A DNA stretch of 20,000 nt. Origin: an uncultured virus (IMG/VR IMGVR_UViG_3300030202_002218). Its lineage: Duplodnaviria; Heunggongvirae; Uroviricota; Caudoviricetes. This document shows positions 1-7,522 of the stretch, in pieces. Location of the stretch: IMG/VR virus record IMGVR_UViG_3300030202_002218. The stretch is one strand, 5' to 3'. Position numbers and translations under genes: made by a program. How positions within the stretch are numbered: position 1 is the stretch's first letter; every line of letters begins with the position of its first letter. Below the pieces are notes generated by a model. That model was not told the DNA's origin, made no database searches, and worked only from the letters and a program-made list of their open reading frames with translations.

Positions 1-1953
1 CCTCAATCACCAGTGTGGGAGCAGTTTGATAAGCATGTAGGTTCGGGTAAATTTCAAACATTTGAAGATGAGCGTGAAGCGCGCAGAAAGAAGAAATTAG
101 AACCGTTGGTGATTGACCCTAACGCGCCGGAACTACCCGCCCCACCACGCGCGAGAAGTCAATTCCGAATCGAACAACCCGACGAAGGTGGTATGCCGCA
201 GATTGACTTCGATATGAGTGAAGAAAAACCTTTCCAACTAAATATTGTGAACAATTTAGCAATGCAAAAGCATCATGAGATATTTTTGAAGAAGCATCTT
301 GACATTCTATACAAATCGGCTCTTCAAGGTCAACCCCAAATGAAAGAAGAAATTAACGAATTATACGCCAGCATCGTTAATGACCCAGCACTACAAGACA
401 TTCACAATGACGAAGACCACCATTTGATTGAAAAAATACACGAACTACAAGAAATCGCGGATGCGAATTATGTTGATGATATTAGCGACATCGCGAGTTT
501 GAGTGCTAAAGAGAGAAAGGCGATGCGCGCAAAACGAAGACAGTTGCCTGTTGACGAAAACGGTGATTTGCAATTGACTATGGATGATGTGTTTGGTGGA
601 AATGCGCCAATGTCTTTCAACGCCTTCGATAAATATACTCCTAAACACGGACACATGCAAACAGAAACCGAAATACGAGAAGGGTTATTTGAGCCGGGAG
701 AAGACAATCAACCAAAACCAGTGACAATGAAGCAATTGAGAAGTTTTTTCATGGGGCGACCGGATGTATTGAAAATGCTCAATAGAATTGAAGCCAGTGA
801 AAAATACAAATCGGAGAGTGCTGAAAAAATTAAAAGCGCGCTTGATAGTGTTGAAAAACCATTAGTGGCGCGAAAAACAGGCAATATGTATAGCGAATCA
901 CTCAATGATATTTTGAAGCAGTTTGGTGAAAAACCAATGACACAAGAGATGGGTTCTTATCAATTGACTTACAGTGATGAAGCGTTAAAAGCATTTAAAG
1001 AAGCGGGAGCAACAAATGTTAATTCATTGATGACTGTCAAAAACAAAAATAATCTAAATCGTGCATTAGATGAAGGATACACCCGCGAAAGAAGTGCAAC
1101 GATGAAACCGTTATGGCAAGAGTATGTCATGCGAAAAGCACTTCAACACTTCATGTCGAATGTGAATAACCCTCTTCAATACCCAACAATACCAGCAGGT
1201 ATCAATCAAAATAACTTCGCTGAAATGGTGGGAGAAAACAGCGGGTTGTTTCAATTGATGAAAGATGAGGCCGCGAAAGTTGCTGGTTATGAAGACGAAG
1301 AAGATTTGGAAAAGAAACTCAACATGTCAACAAGCCCGACTGTCGGCGGTGTAAAGTTGAATGTTAACGAGTTTAAGGCAGATGTTTTGAAGAATGCGAC
1401 ACACGAAGACTCACATCAACTGCCGATGGGTTATATTCGATACGATAAGAAGGGTAAAGGCAAAATGGTTGCTAAAGACGCTGAAACTATACTGAATGAA
1501 AGTCAAGAACAATTGTTAAAACCTAATGATATGAAGAAATACGAAAACGCGATAAGAACTGTCAACTACAACATGAGGCCAAACTACATGAGAATGAAAG
1601 AGATTAGGAGTGTATTGCATGGCGAAGACGGCAAACACGACGGCTACGATGGTTATGAAGAACTTGCAACAGCATTTACCAACAAAGCATTACCGGCGGA
1701 ACAACAAGCGTTGTTAGAAACCAGTGGTCCGTTGTTGAAATTATCTCATCGACACCTTACTCCAATTTCTTTTGCTGACGCGCAATCGTATGCTTTAGCC
1801 GCGGAAGAAAATAAGAAATTCCAAGAAGGACTGAAAGCGCGACGAGAAGGAACATTGTTAGGTCCAGTGCCTATCACTCAACCAATTCAGCAACCAATTC
1901 AACAACCAATTCAACAACCCCAACAACAAATTGATTTCAACATGGATTCTTGA
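1..1953 (+). CDS. Large hypothetical protein, 5'-truncated (>650 aa), charged and helical, possibly virion-associated
   Basis: Frame 1 is open from base 1 (cct caa tca cca gtg...) to TGA at 1951-1953, so the true start probably lies upstream of the window. No recognisable catalytic motif. Ends in QPIQ repeats and IDFNM. Confidence 0.85.
   Translation, partial: PQSPVWEQFDKHVGSGKFQTFEDEREARRKKKLEPLVIDPNAPELPAPPRARSQFRIEQPDEGGMPQIDFDMSEEKPFQLNIVNNLAMQKHHEIFLKKHLDILYKSALQGQPQMKEEINELYASIVNDPALQDIHNDEDHHLIEKIHELQEIADANYVDDISDIASLSAKERKAMRAKRRQLPVDENGDLQLTMDDVFGGNAPMSFNAFDKYTPKHGHMQTETEIREGLFEPGEDNQPKPVTMKQLRSFFMGRPDVLKMLNRIEASEKYKSESAEKIKSALDSVEKPLVARKTGNMYSESLNDILKQFGEKPMTQEMGSYQLTYSDEALKAFKEAGATNVNSLMTVKNKNNLNRALDEGYTRERSATMKPLWQEYVMRKALQHFMSNVNNPLQYPTIPAGINQNNFAEMVGENSGLFQLMKDEAAKVAGYEDEEDLEKKLNMSTSPTVGGVKLNVNEFKADVLKNATHEDSHQLPMGYIRYDKKGKGKMVAKDAETILNESQEQLLKPNDMKKYENAIRTVNYNMRPNYMRMKEIRSVLHGEDGKHDGYDGYEELATAFTNKALPAEQQALLETSGPLLKLSHRHLTPISFADAQSYALAAEENKKFQEGLKARREGTLLGPVPITQPIQQPIQQPIQQPQQQIDFNMDS
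1879..1926 (+). repeat. 12-bp tandem repeat (CAACCAATTCAR x3 plus one degenerate copy) encoding QPIQ repeats
   Basis: caaccaattcag caaccaattcaa caaccaattcaa caaccccaacaa, read directly. Confidence 0.9.
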
Positions 1954-2016
1954 TAATATTGTTTTATTCTTAGAATTATAATTACTATATTGTTATCATA
2001 ATAATATGATAATATC
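1951..2016. promoter_or_regulatory. Very AT-rich intergenic element with palindromes (terminator, promoter or origin-like)
   Basis: Almost pure A/T. Palindrome AATTATAATT at 1974-1983, inverted repeat TTATCATA-ataa-TATGATAA at 1993-2012, direct repeat TGATAATAT at 1951 and 2007. Confidence 0.55.
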
Positions 2017-2038
2017 GAGAAAGAGGTGAATCAACATG

Positions 2039-2075
2039 CTTATGTATCGTTCGCGACACGCACTACTCAAGGAGA
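2039..2075 (+). promoter_or_regulatory. Putative archaeal TATA-like box (CTTATGTA) and SD (GGAGA) for the GTPase operon
   Basis: CTTATGTA at 2039-2046 lies about 25 nt upstream of GGAGA at 2071-2075, which precedes the ATG at 2083. Confidence 0.35.
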
Positions 2076-2082
2076 TACGGTT

Positions 2083-2601
2083 ATGCAACAACAAACCCCC
2101 CAAAATAAAGATGAATTGAGAGTGTTAGGACTTATTTCATTTGTAAGCATACTTGTCGGATGCGCGATTGCTGTTTTCGATGCTGGATTGTGGCTTACAT
2201 CACCCGATACTTACACGAACGCTATAACATACACGATGGGCGCGTTCACATTACAAGGAATGGCTTATTTTATTTACAAGATGTTAGCGCAAGATGGCAT
2301 GGACCAACGCGCTATTGTTTCAAATATGCAACGCAACATGACGCGTCAAATGCAAAACCAACAAATGCGATTTGCACAAGCGCAAATGGAAATGGAGATT
2401 AAAAAACAAGAAGTTAATTTCGCAAAACAAATGGAGGCGTTGGAGCAAGACCCCGAAGTTCAACAATATCTTGGTTTGATGGGTATGAATGAAGAAACAG
2501 AAGCACCGAAGCACAAAGCAGACACTAAAAAACCCATGAAATTAGGCAATCAAACCAGCGGCAGAAATCCCGATGGCACTTACAAAAAGAAAGGGAAGTG
2601 A
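2083..2601 (+). CDS. Two-TM membrane protein with Gln/Met-rich coiled-coil C-terminal tail (172 aa)
   Basis: Hydrophobic segments VLGLISFVSILVGCAIAVFDAGLWL and AITYTMGAFTLQGMAYFIYKML. ATG 2083 preferred over GTG 2026 because of the GGAGA SD. Confidence 0.8.
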   Translation: MQQQTPQNKDELRVLGLISFVSILVGCAIAVFDAGLWLTSPDTYTNAITYTMGAFTLQGMAYFIYKMLAQDGMDQRAIVSNMQRNMTRQMQNQQMRFAQAQMEMEIKKQEVNFAKQMEALEQDPEVQQYLGLMGMNEETEAPKHKADTKKPMKLGNQTSGRNPDGTYKKKGK

Positions 2602-2606
2602 TTTGA

Positions 2607-2843
2607 ATGGGTTGGTTGTTTAAAACACCAAGCGATGATGCAACAGAAGCGACTTTACGCGCGTTGCATACACAAAATACACTCGATACTTATTATGAAA
2701 AGGGCAAAGCGTTGATATTTTGTATAATTACAGGTGTAGTCACCGCGTTGAGTGTGTCTTGGTTTGAACAAGCAAGCGATGTGAGCGTTTGGGAAAGCAC
2801 AGTTGAGTGGTTTTACGAAAAACTTCGCGGGTGGGTCAACTAA
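2607..2843 (+). CDS. Small single-TM membrane protein with Trp-rich amphipathic C-terminus (78 aa)
   Basis: TM ALIFCIITGVVTALSVSWF, C-terminal helix VWESTVEWFYEKLRGWVN. Its TAA overlaps the next ATG (TAATG). Confidence 0.8.
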   Translation: MGWLFKTPSDDATEATLRALHTQNTLDTYYEKGKALIFCIITGVVTALSVSWFEQASDVSVWESTVEWFYEKLRGWVN

Positions 2844-3565
2844 TGGTTGCAACATTCGCTGGAAGCGCGCTCATGGGAGCAGTAGTTTATGGAAAAGAAC
2901 TCTATAATTTTCTTAAACCACGCAGAATAGGTGTTTATGGTCCAACAATGGTGGGTAAAACAACTCTTGACCATTTTATGCGCACTCCGGGCGAGATGGA
3001 TGATATAGATGAACGCACTATGCACCCGAAACGGCTTATTGGTGGTGGTTATGTCTTACCAAAAGCGTCGCGTAAGCGTCTTCGTTGGCAAGGAGAGAAA
3101 AGAGTAGTTCATTCTGCTGATATTGGCGGTCAACAACGGTTTTGGAATCTTTGGATTGATGATATGGTCGATAGACAAGTTGAAATTGTCGTTTTTTTAA
3201 CCGATACGCGTGTTTTGACAGGTAATGGGGCGCAAATTATAGACGCGGTGGGTGGATTTGAATACCTCGTTGATTCTTTGATTGAAAAACGGTGGAAATA
3301 TCGCTCACTAAAAACAAGACTTCGCGGAAAACGCTATTCCCCTAAACAAATATGGCTCGTTGCTAACAAAGCGGATGAGTGGTGGGACGATAATGCGAAT
3401 ATTTTGTGGCAATCTAATCGTTTGCGAGAACATAAAGTGTTTGATGCTCACCGCCCAGCCATGCGGAGGCTTCAAAAAGCCGGTATTCCTTGTCGCGTTA
3501 GCATGATGGCGACTAAAATAGGCTGGAATGTTGAAAAAACGATGATAGAAATGTTAACTTGGTGA
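2843..3565 (+). CDS. Ras-superfamily small GTPase, Arf/Sar1-like (240 aa)
   Basis: G1 GPTMVGKT (2939-2962), G3 DIGGQ followed by QRFWNLW (3119 onward), beta strand IVVFLTD, G4 NKAD (3365-3376), G5-like MATKIGWNV. Hydrophobic N-terminal helix. Start at 2843 by TAATG coupling. Confidence 0.88.
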   Translation: MVATFAGSALMGAVVYGKELYNFLKPRRIGVYGPTMVGKTTLDHFMRTPGEMDDIDERTMHPKRLIGGGYVLPKASRKRLRWQGEKRVVHSADIGGQQRFWNLWIDDMVDRQVEIVVFLTDTRVLTGNGAQIIDAVGGFEYLVDSLIEKRWKYRSLKTRLRGKRYSPKQIWLVANKADEWWDDNANILWQSNRLREHKVFDAHRPAMRRLQKAGIPCRVSMMATKIGWNVEKTMIEMLTW

Positions 3566-3569
3566 TAAA

Positions 3570-4460
3570 ATGCTTGGAAATAAACCTCAAAACGATTTAC
3601 TGACGCTTGCCGCACAAACACAGATGAGTCTTGCTCAAATGCAACAGCAAGCGACCGCTCAAGCCGCTATGACGAACGCAAAATCGCATATTGAAGTGCC
3701 TCAAGTCAATTTTTACCCCTCTCGTCATCCAAATCCTAAAAAAGCGCGCCGTCAAGACATAAAACAGGCATATAAACTCCTAAAACCGATAAAAAGAAGC
3801 ATTTTTTCGCCTCGTAGGTGGTGGGGAGGCAAATATCGCTATAATACTAACACAATGCGCTGTGTTGTGGACGGATGTGATGTTGAATACCTATTACGGA
3901 CCGCTGGAAACATCTATGAGCAGGTTATTGACGAAGAAACTGGTCAATCTCTATGGGATTTGTATTGGAAAAACCCTGTGACTGGTGAAGTTGAAGCGTT
4001 TGTAGCCCGCGAAAATGTCACTTCGGGGCGTAAATTGAAGGGGACATATTGCCCCGAACACCTCCATTTATACCATTTATTGACAAAATGGCTTAAAGAA
4101 GACGAAAAAGAAGAAGAAGAAACTAATGGAACACTCAAAGCAAAACTGAAAAGAGGTGTTTCAACCGTAGTTGTGCCAATAAATAGCATCAAAAAGAAGG
4201 ATAACACACCACCAATTCTCGCAAAATATGAGCCATTTTTTGAAATGTTGAAAAAAGACAACATTCCTGTGACACATTTTGCTAACTCCGCGACAGGAAC
4301 GAATGATTTGGTTATGGTTGTCTTCGATATGCGTCAATTTCAAGCGGGTAATAACTCAAGGTTGCTTTTTGACGCTCTTGCTATGCATCAATTACAACAA
4401 AACGCGGTGCAATCTCACCCATTGCCTTTACCGACACAATCAAATGATGGGAGCATGTGA
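3570..4460 (+). CDS. Hypothetical protein with split C3H zinc-finger motif (296 aa)
   Basis: CVVDGC ... YCPEH, Gln/Ala-rich N-terminal helix, basic patch KRSIFSPRRWW, GGTGA SD at 3561-3565. Confidence 0.8.
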   Translation: MLGNKPQNDLLTLAAQTQMSLAQMQQQATAQAAMTNAKSHIEVPQVNFYPSRHPNPKKARRQDIKQAYKLLKPIKRSIFSPRRWWGGKYRYNTNTMRCVVDGCDVEYLLRTAGNIYEQVIDEETGQSLWDLYWKNPVTGEVEAFVARENVTSGRKLKGTYCPEHLHLYHLLTKWLKEDEKEEEETNGTLKAKLKRGVSTVVVPINSIKKKDNTPPILAKYEPFFEMLKKDNIPVTHFANSATGTNDLVMVVFDMRQFQAGNNSRLLFDALAMHQLQQNAVQSHPLPLPTQSNDGSM

Positions 4461-4469
4461 GGTGGTATT

Positions 4470-5048
4470 ATGGTGTGGCCGTTCAGCAATAACCAACAAC
4501 AACCTCAACCGGGTGCTATGAACCTCGGATTAGCCGGTGGACAACAACAAGTTCCTATGCAGGGACAACAGCAACAATGGGGTCAACAACAGTATGGGTT
4601 GCAGTATCAAGCACCTCCGACTGAAATGGAGATATTATCAGCCATGATAACATCTAACCCTATGATTGATAAGTGGCTTTCCGACAATAACGGAGAGAAT
4701 ATGAATATGCTCGTTTCACTTTTGAGTAGTCTTGTCGCGGTATCAGTGAATACAATGCTTACAAATACGCGCTTAGTTGAAGATGGAGATGGATACAAAT
4801 TCGATTTTAGCGGTGTCACAGGTATGCCAACAGTCGATAGTGTCACAATGTCACAAACCCAAATACTCAACAAAGCATCAAACAATGTGCAACAGAAAAC
4901 CATGCAGTTTCAACAGATGGTTCAACTTGCAAATCAAGGTGTTATGCAAAGTATGTTGAATGACGCGATGGCTGACCCCGGCATGATGCAAAGTGTTGGT
5001 GGCGGTCTTGGTTCATTGGTTCGTGGATTAGCAACAGGTGGTAGGTAA
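4470..5048 (+). CDS. Gln/Gly-rich protein with hydrophobic central helix and C-terminal glycine-zipper-like helix (192 aa)
   Basis: N-terminus MVWPFS then poly-Q/G, central MLVSLLSSLVAVSV, C-terminal VGGGLGSLVRGLATGGR, GAGGTGG SD upstream. Confidence 0.8.
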   Translation: MVWPFSNNQQQPQPGAMNLGLAGGQQQVPMQGQQQQWGQQQYGLQYQAPPTEMEILSAMITSNPMIDKWLSDNNGENMNMLVSLLSSLVAVSVNTMLTNTRLVEDGDGYKFDFSGVTGMPTVDSVTMSQTQILNKASNNVQQKTMQFQQMVQLANQGVMQSMLNDAMADPGMMQSVGGGLGSLVRGLATGGR

Positions 5049-5281
5049 TGGACATAACTTCTCTTTACACAGCAGTTAGTGATATGACTAACTTGCGCAA
5101 ATCAGTAATTGTTGATATGATTATGGTGCAACTTATCGCGCTTACGCTTGGTTGTTTCCTCATTTTAGTGTTTTCCGGCCCAAAAATGAGTTCAACTGAT
5201 TTGAGTTGGATTATTGGTGCGCTTTTCGTCTGTTTCAGCGCAACAGGTATCGTTTATCGCCGCCTCGGACAACAAGGTTGA
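5048..5281 (+). CDS. Small two-TM membrane protein with holin-like topology (77 aa)
   Basis: Two hydrophobic helices (VIVDMIMVQLIALTLGCFLILVF and LSWIIGALFVCFSATGIVY) and a basic tail RRLGQQG. TAATG coupling. Confidence 0.75.
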   Translation: MDITSLYTAVSDMTNLRKSVIVDMIMVQLIALTLGCFLILVFSGPKMSSTDLSWIIGALFVCFSATGIVYRRLGQQG

Positions 5282-5542
5282 CCATTTATTGATAGGGCAT
5301 TTGCTGTTCTTGAAAATGGTTTTTGCTTTCAAAAAACAACCACATAGATTGCAACGGTCGTGGGTTCGTTCGGGACATCTCAAACAAATGTTGTATCTTC
5401 GTTCGCGTTCTGCCAAGTCAACTCTTTTGTTAGTGACAATATCAGCCGCGGCTCGCGTGAGGCTTTTTGCTGTCGATATGGAAATGGGGATACCTGCTAC
5501 TTTACGCGCTCTCGGCAATCTCTCTCTCATAGAAACACTCAT
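5192..5542 (-). CDS. Cys-rich small protein, DUF6171-like (R-x2-IC-x2-C...C-x2-CGC-x3-AK...CP-x2-KW)
   Basis: RYNICLRCPERTHDRCNLCGCFLKAKTIFKNSKCPINKW matches a Cys pattern I recall as common in phages; the family name is from memory. Alternative start at 5530. Confidence 0.7.
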   Translation of the reverse strand: MSVSMRERLPRARKVAGIPISISTAKSLTRAAADIVTNKRVDLAERERRYNICLRCPERTHDRCNLCGCFLKAKTIFKNSKCPINKWSTLLSEAAINDTCCAETDEKRTNNPTQIS

Positions 5543-5567
5543 TTGATACCGCTACTTGGTCTTTGCT

Positions 5568-6236
5568 ATGGCGGAGCGTATAACAAGGGCATCTTGTAAT
5601 TTCTGCCAAGACCCCGACCGTGACGGTATAGAAGAAATGTTGAGGGCTGGGTTAATCACCGCTAAAGATTTAGACAAACAAAAAGGATGGCGAGAAGGCA
5701 CTGCTGACCGTCATTTTAGAAACCACATGGGTGAATACCACATGTCTTCAAACAGTGAGTGTAAATTATGCACATCACCAAAGCGCGAAAACTTAGAGTT
5801 GGCGTATTTTAACGCGTCAATGACCGTGGCTGAAATAGCAGAAGATATGCAGATGCCCGATTCAAGTGTTTATCATCATCTTAAACATCATCTCAAACCT
5901 GTTGTTCAAAAAGGTGCGGCTGACCTCATTATAGTTGAAGCAGGTCAAGAGATGCAAAGCATACGAAACAATTTATCCCGACTCAATGGTGAACTTGGTC
6001 ATTTTCTTGATGACGCAGACCGCAACGACCCTCAATATGTTCGCAACATAGTATCTTTACACAAAGAAGTTCGCGAAACGGTCAAAGACATCATGAGGGT
6101 GCAAGAGCGCGCGGCTGGAACTACTAACGAAAACATGACTGCACAGACCATAAACATACTCAAAGTTGAATTAGCGAAGGAGTCACCCGAAGTTTGGGCG
6201 CGACTTCGCGGCAAGTTGATTGGTGGTGACGAATAA
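5568..6236 (+). CDS. Tandem Zn-finger/HTH protein with coiled coil, candidate terminase small subunit (222 aa)
   Basis: Two repeats of CxxC...HTH...HxxxH (CNFC...RHFRNH and CKLC...HHLKHH), then a helical oligomerisation-type region. Lies upstream of TerL. ATG 5568 preferred over TTG 5556. Confidence 0.55.
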   Translation: MAERITRASCNFCQDPDRDGIEEMLRAGLITAKDLDKQKGWREGTADRHFRNHMGEYHMSSNSECKLCTSPKRENLELAYFNASMTVAEIAEDMQMPDSSVYHHLKHHLKPVVQKGAADLIIVEAGQEMQSIRNNLSRLNGELGHFLDDADRNDPQYVRNIVSLHKEVRETVKDIMRVQERAAGTTNENMTAQTINILKVELAKESPEVWARLRGKLIGGDE

Positions 6237-7522
6237 TGGTTGGTGGACCCGAAGGGAGTAGCAAAGGGTTAAGATTCAACCCACGACACAGCGCAGAAGA
6301 ATTACAAGATGATTCAACGGTTGGTCGCGAAGATTCCGAAGAGCGTGCGCGGCATGATGCGAAAAAGCGTGAAACTCAAGATAAGCGCGCCAAACAATTA
6401 CAAGGTCTTCAACACATGAAAATTAAAGTTCCTCAAAAGCACGATGAGGATGAAGAAGACAGCGACATGAAGCGACAAGCAGAAGCAGGTCAAATGTCGG
6501 GTCAAGTGGGTCAAAACGAAGCCAACGCTGGTGCTAACCCAAAGGGTGGCGGTGGTGGACTCAATATGTTGCTTTCAACTGCACCGTTCATTGACGATGC
6601 ATTTGAGATGATTCGTAAAAAGAAAGACGAGCCTAAATACGATGATGAGAAACCTAAGAAAACTACCACTATTGATACTGCTTTGTCGCGAAGACGCGCT
6701 AAAAAGGGTAAGCGGTCAAGAAAACAAGGTAAAAAAACCACTGAATCAATGAAGGGTAGAAAGGGCAACAAGAAACAATTGAAAGGTGGGAATGTCCGTC
6801 AACCATCTATCGCTTCAACAATGAGTGCGGCTCGCGCTCCTTACACATCATTCGGTTTAATGGGGACACGAAGACCGACACCCACTGGTCCAATTCGATT
6901 GAATGTGTCAACAGGCCGTTCACAAGCAAGAGGGAGTTATGAAAACCCGCGAAAAAGATTGGCACAAGATGTTCGACAAGAACTGCGTCAAGATTCTCCT
7001 ACTCAAGATATAACACCCCCAATGCCGACCATTACAGCACAATCGAGAAAACCACGCGCTGTGCGAGGGTCAAGAGATTCAAGACCACATAGTAAAGCAA
7101 TGCGTCAACCGCGAACAGCGAAAACACCGGGTGGTGCAGAAGCCGCTAAAGAAATTGCTCTTGGTGGTAGCGCGTCTGCTATGGCCGCTGGTGGGTTGGG
7201 TTCTTCGGACGACGCAATTCTCGCATCCGAAGAGTTCTTGATTAAGCGCGCACAGCGAGTTAAACTCACTAACCGCATTTCACCACGCGACCGTATTGAA
7301 TATCGTCAACTCATCGACCAACTCAACCATTTATTGCGACGCATGATGCGTAAAGCAGACGCGAGTGGCGATGATGCACCAAGCGGTGCTACACCGAATC
7401 AAGGCACGAAGCGTATGACATCCGCACCGACAGGGCCAACTGAAACCGACCCCGAAGATGACCCTACGATGTGGGGGACTCACCCGTATGATTTGTATGT
7501 AAGACGAGGTGGTATGACATGA
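6236..7522 (+). CDS. Hypothetical Lys/Arg-rich, largely disordered protein (428 aa)
   Basis: Long ORF, TAATG coupling, GGTGGTGA SD, basic tracts such as RRRAKKGKRSRKQGKK. Confidence 0.85.
   Translation: MVGGPEGSSKGLRFNPRHSAEELQDDSTVGREDSEERARHDAKKRETQDKRAKQLQGLQHMKIKVPQKHDEDEEDSDMKRQAEAGQMSGQVGQNEANAGANPKGGGGGLNMLLSTAPFIDDAFEMIRKKKDEPKYDDEKPKKTTTIDTALSRRRAKKGKRSRKQGKKTTESMKGRKGNKKQLKGGNVRQPSIASTMSAARAPYTSFGLMGTRRPTPTGPIRLNVSTGRSQARGSYENPRKRLAQDVRQELRQDSPTQDITPPMPTITAQSRKPRAVRGSRDSRPHSKAMRQPRTAKTPGGAEAAKEIALGGSASAMAAGGLGSSDDAILASEEFLIKRAQRVKLTNRISPRDRIEYRQLIDQLNHLLRRMMRKADASGDDAPSGATPNQGTKRMTSAPTGPTETDPEDDPTMWGTHPYDLYVRRGGMT

Noticed and set aside
1879..1926. Tandem repeats as a possible CRISPR array or iterons
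   Set aside because: They are in-frame 12-bp coding repeats without spacers. No CRISPR-like repeat-spacer structure was seen anywhere in the window.
2036..2119. 27-aa ORF (MLMYRSRHALLKEIRLCNNKPPKIKMN) after a good GAGGTGA SD-like site
   Set aside because: Very short, overlaps the 2083 gene out of frame and covers the putative TATA box. A regulatory uORF cannot be excluded but is unsupported.
2607..2630. MGWLFK N-terminus as an Arf-like myristoylation signal on the gene before the GTPase
   Set aside because: The resemblance is only a few residues, and N-myristoyltransferase is not expected in a prokaryotic host.
2807..2842. Longer starts given in the ORF track (2026, 2807, 5556, 12593, 16852)
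   Set aside because: Downstream ATGs have better SD or stop-start coupling and avoid long overlaps with upstream genes.
5214..5546. 110-aa + strand ORF
   Set aside because: It is the antisense shadow of the minus-strand Cys-rich gene, which has the recognisable motif.
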